From Camelus ferus (Eukaryota), in NCBI RefSeq assembly GCF_009834535.1, contig NC_045697.1, positions 86,926,001 to 86,990,000 on the forward strand: a stretch of 64,000 bases of DNA, in the 5' to 3' direction. The notes beneath the pieces are model-generated. The model saw nothing but the letters and a program-made list of their open reading frames with translations, searched no databases and was not told the DNA's origin. The translations under genes were made by a program, and so were the position numbers. Shown here piece after piece: positions 62,725 to 64,000 of this stretch. The number at the start of each line of letters is the position of its first letter. Position 1 is the first letter of the stretch.

Positions 62725-63443
62725 ATTGGTTAAATTTGTAGGGCTTTTGTATTCTATTTCTTTCTTTTGGTGGGGAGGGGCAGGTGGGAAGATCTGATCT
62801 CAGAATGGAGATAAATATGGGAAAAATTGATTTAAAATAATTATGAAATGGCATGGGATGATATTCTTATGGCTGACATTTTTTCATGTTAGAGTTCTTT
62901 CAATCCATCACCATGCTAAAAACTGAAGAATGAATGAGAAATTATGATATGCTCATGGAGGTGCTGCAGCATGGAGCCAGTATACCTCATACACTTCATT
63001 CATAAAACAAGTTTATGGACCTTTTACTGGTGTGCTTTCTGACCTACTCATTTCCTGGACAACAGCTTCTTAAAGAATGTGTCATTTCCCAACTATGCCA
63101 GCTTGGACACCAGTGGCATGGTTCCCAGAGTTTCCACAGACTGTTGATTATGTGGGTACAGAATTGAGGCTTTCCACCCTTCCGTGTCTGGCTCAGACTT
63201 GAGATTAATTTATAAAGCATATTATGTTTTATTTTGTTATTGTAGAAACATCTAAGTATATCTCTCTGTTTTGGGGGTTTCATTTTGAAACTTTCAGAAG
63301 TTATGTTTCTACAGAAACTATGCAGTCTTTTTGTCTGTTAGGATATTAAACTTCACTACTATAAATTCTAACAAAAGAAATGTTATAATGGGGCAAACAA
63401 CTGTTTCCCCAGATCAATAAAAATCAACTTCTAAAAATCTTTA

Positions 63444-63566
63444 GTTGAGAGCGTATAGCTCAAGTGGTAGAGCACATGCTTAGCATACACAAAGTCCTGG
63501 GTTCAATCCCCAATACCTCCTCTAAAAATAAGTAAGTAAACCTAATTACTCCCCCTCAAGAAATTT
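63444..63566 (+). mobile_element. tRNA-derived SINE (camelid Vic-1-like) in NUDT6 intron
   Basis: GTATAGCTCAAGTGGTAGAGCACATGCTTAGCAT..GTCCTGGGTTCAATCCCCAATACCTCC; perfect TSD TAAAAATCTTTA at 63432-63443 and 63567-63578. Confidence 0.9.
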
Positions 63567-64000
63567 TAAAAATCTTTACCTAGACTTGATTATAAATAAT
63601 TGGTAATTATTAAATTTGGAGATATAAACTTATTAGAAGGGGAAAAATGCTAGATACAAGGATTGAAAACAGCTCAGACAAATTTTGATTATTCAATTAT
63701 AAATCTTAGGTATGGGAAGATTAAGTATATTTTTTATGCTGGTAAACTGTGATATTTAATGGCACCACTTAGCTTTAAAAAGCTTATTTTAAAAAAGCTT
63801 CCTCCCGCCAAAAGCTTGAGCTTATGGTTAGTTCTAAATGGTAGATAGAGGGGCCTAAGTTATTTGATTTGAAAAACCTGGTTAATGTTATAGATATGAT
63901 GTATCAGTGGAGGGATGAGTATGTCTTCTCACTTTTTTTGTATTAAAGATACTCATTAACTGGATTTACCAATATAATAAGTAATACTAATAAATACTAG

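Larger units (their letters stand above)
57710..62745 (+). other. FGF2: FGF2 long 3' UTR (about 5 kb, multiple potential poly(A) sites)
   Basis: AT-rich with no recognisable young repeats; ends at a strong poly(A) signal; FGF2 is known to have a multi-kb UTR overlapping NUDT6 exons. Confidence 0.75.

Noticed and set aside
63448..63525. tRNA-Ala-like gene (also 39305-39379)
   Set aside because: Degenerate stems, SINE tail and target-site duplications show these are SINEs, not tRNA genes.

Overview
Mammalian genomic DNA covering the complete FGF2 (basic fibroblast growth factor) gene on the + strand: CpG-island promoter, three coding exons (1645-1822, 42310-42413, 57524-57709; 155 aa), in-frame upstream CUG starts and a roughly 5 kb 3' UTR. 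The last two exons of the antisense gene NUDT6 (62135-62189 and 58091-58488, - strand) lie inside that UTR. Two tRNA-derived SINEs resembling camelid Vic-1 suggest a camelid genome (inference). The introns are mostly old and young L1, L2, MIR, MaLR/ERV LTRs and DNA-transposon MITEs; almost all short ORFs in the track are spurious. I found no evidence of a new multi-gene system. The most unusual signals are: (1) a ~240 bp, ~91% identical inverted duplication near the start of intron 1, able to fold into a long pre-mRNA hairpin; (2) the homologue of the human 34-kDa CUG start is out of frame here and forms a uORF, beside tandem start-stop codons; (3) a polyadenylated L1-plus-unique-sequence insert resembling a 3' transduction; (4) one target site hit twice by retroelements; (5) an L1 inserted 18 nt from the exon 2 donor. 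Repeat family names come from recalled consensus similarity, not a database search, and their boundaries are approximate unless a TSD is cited.
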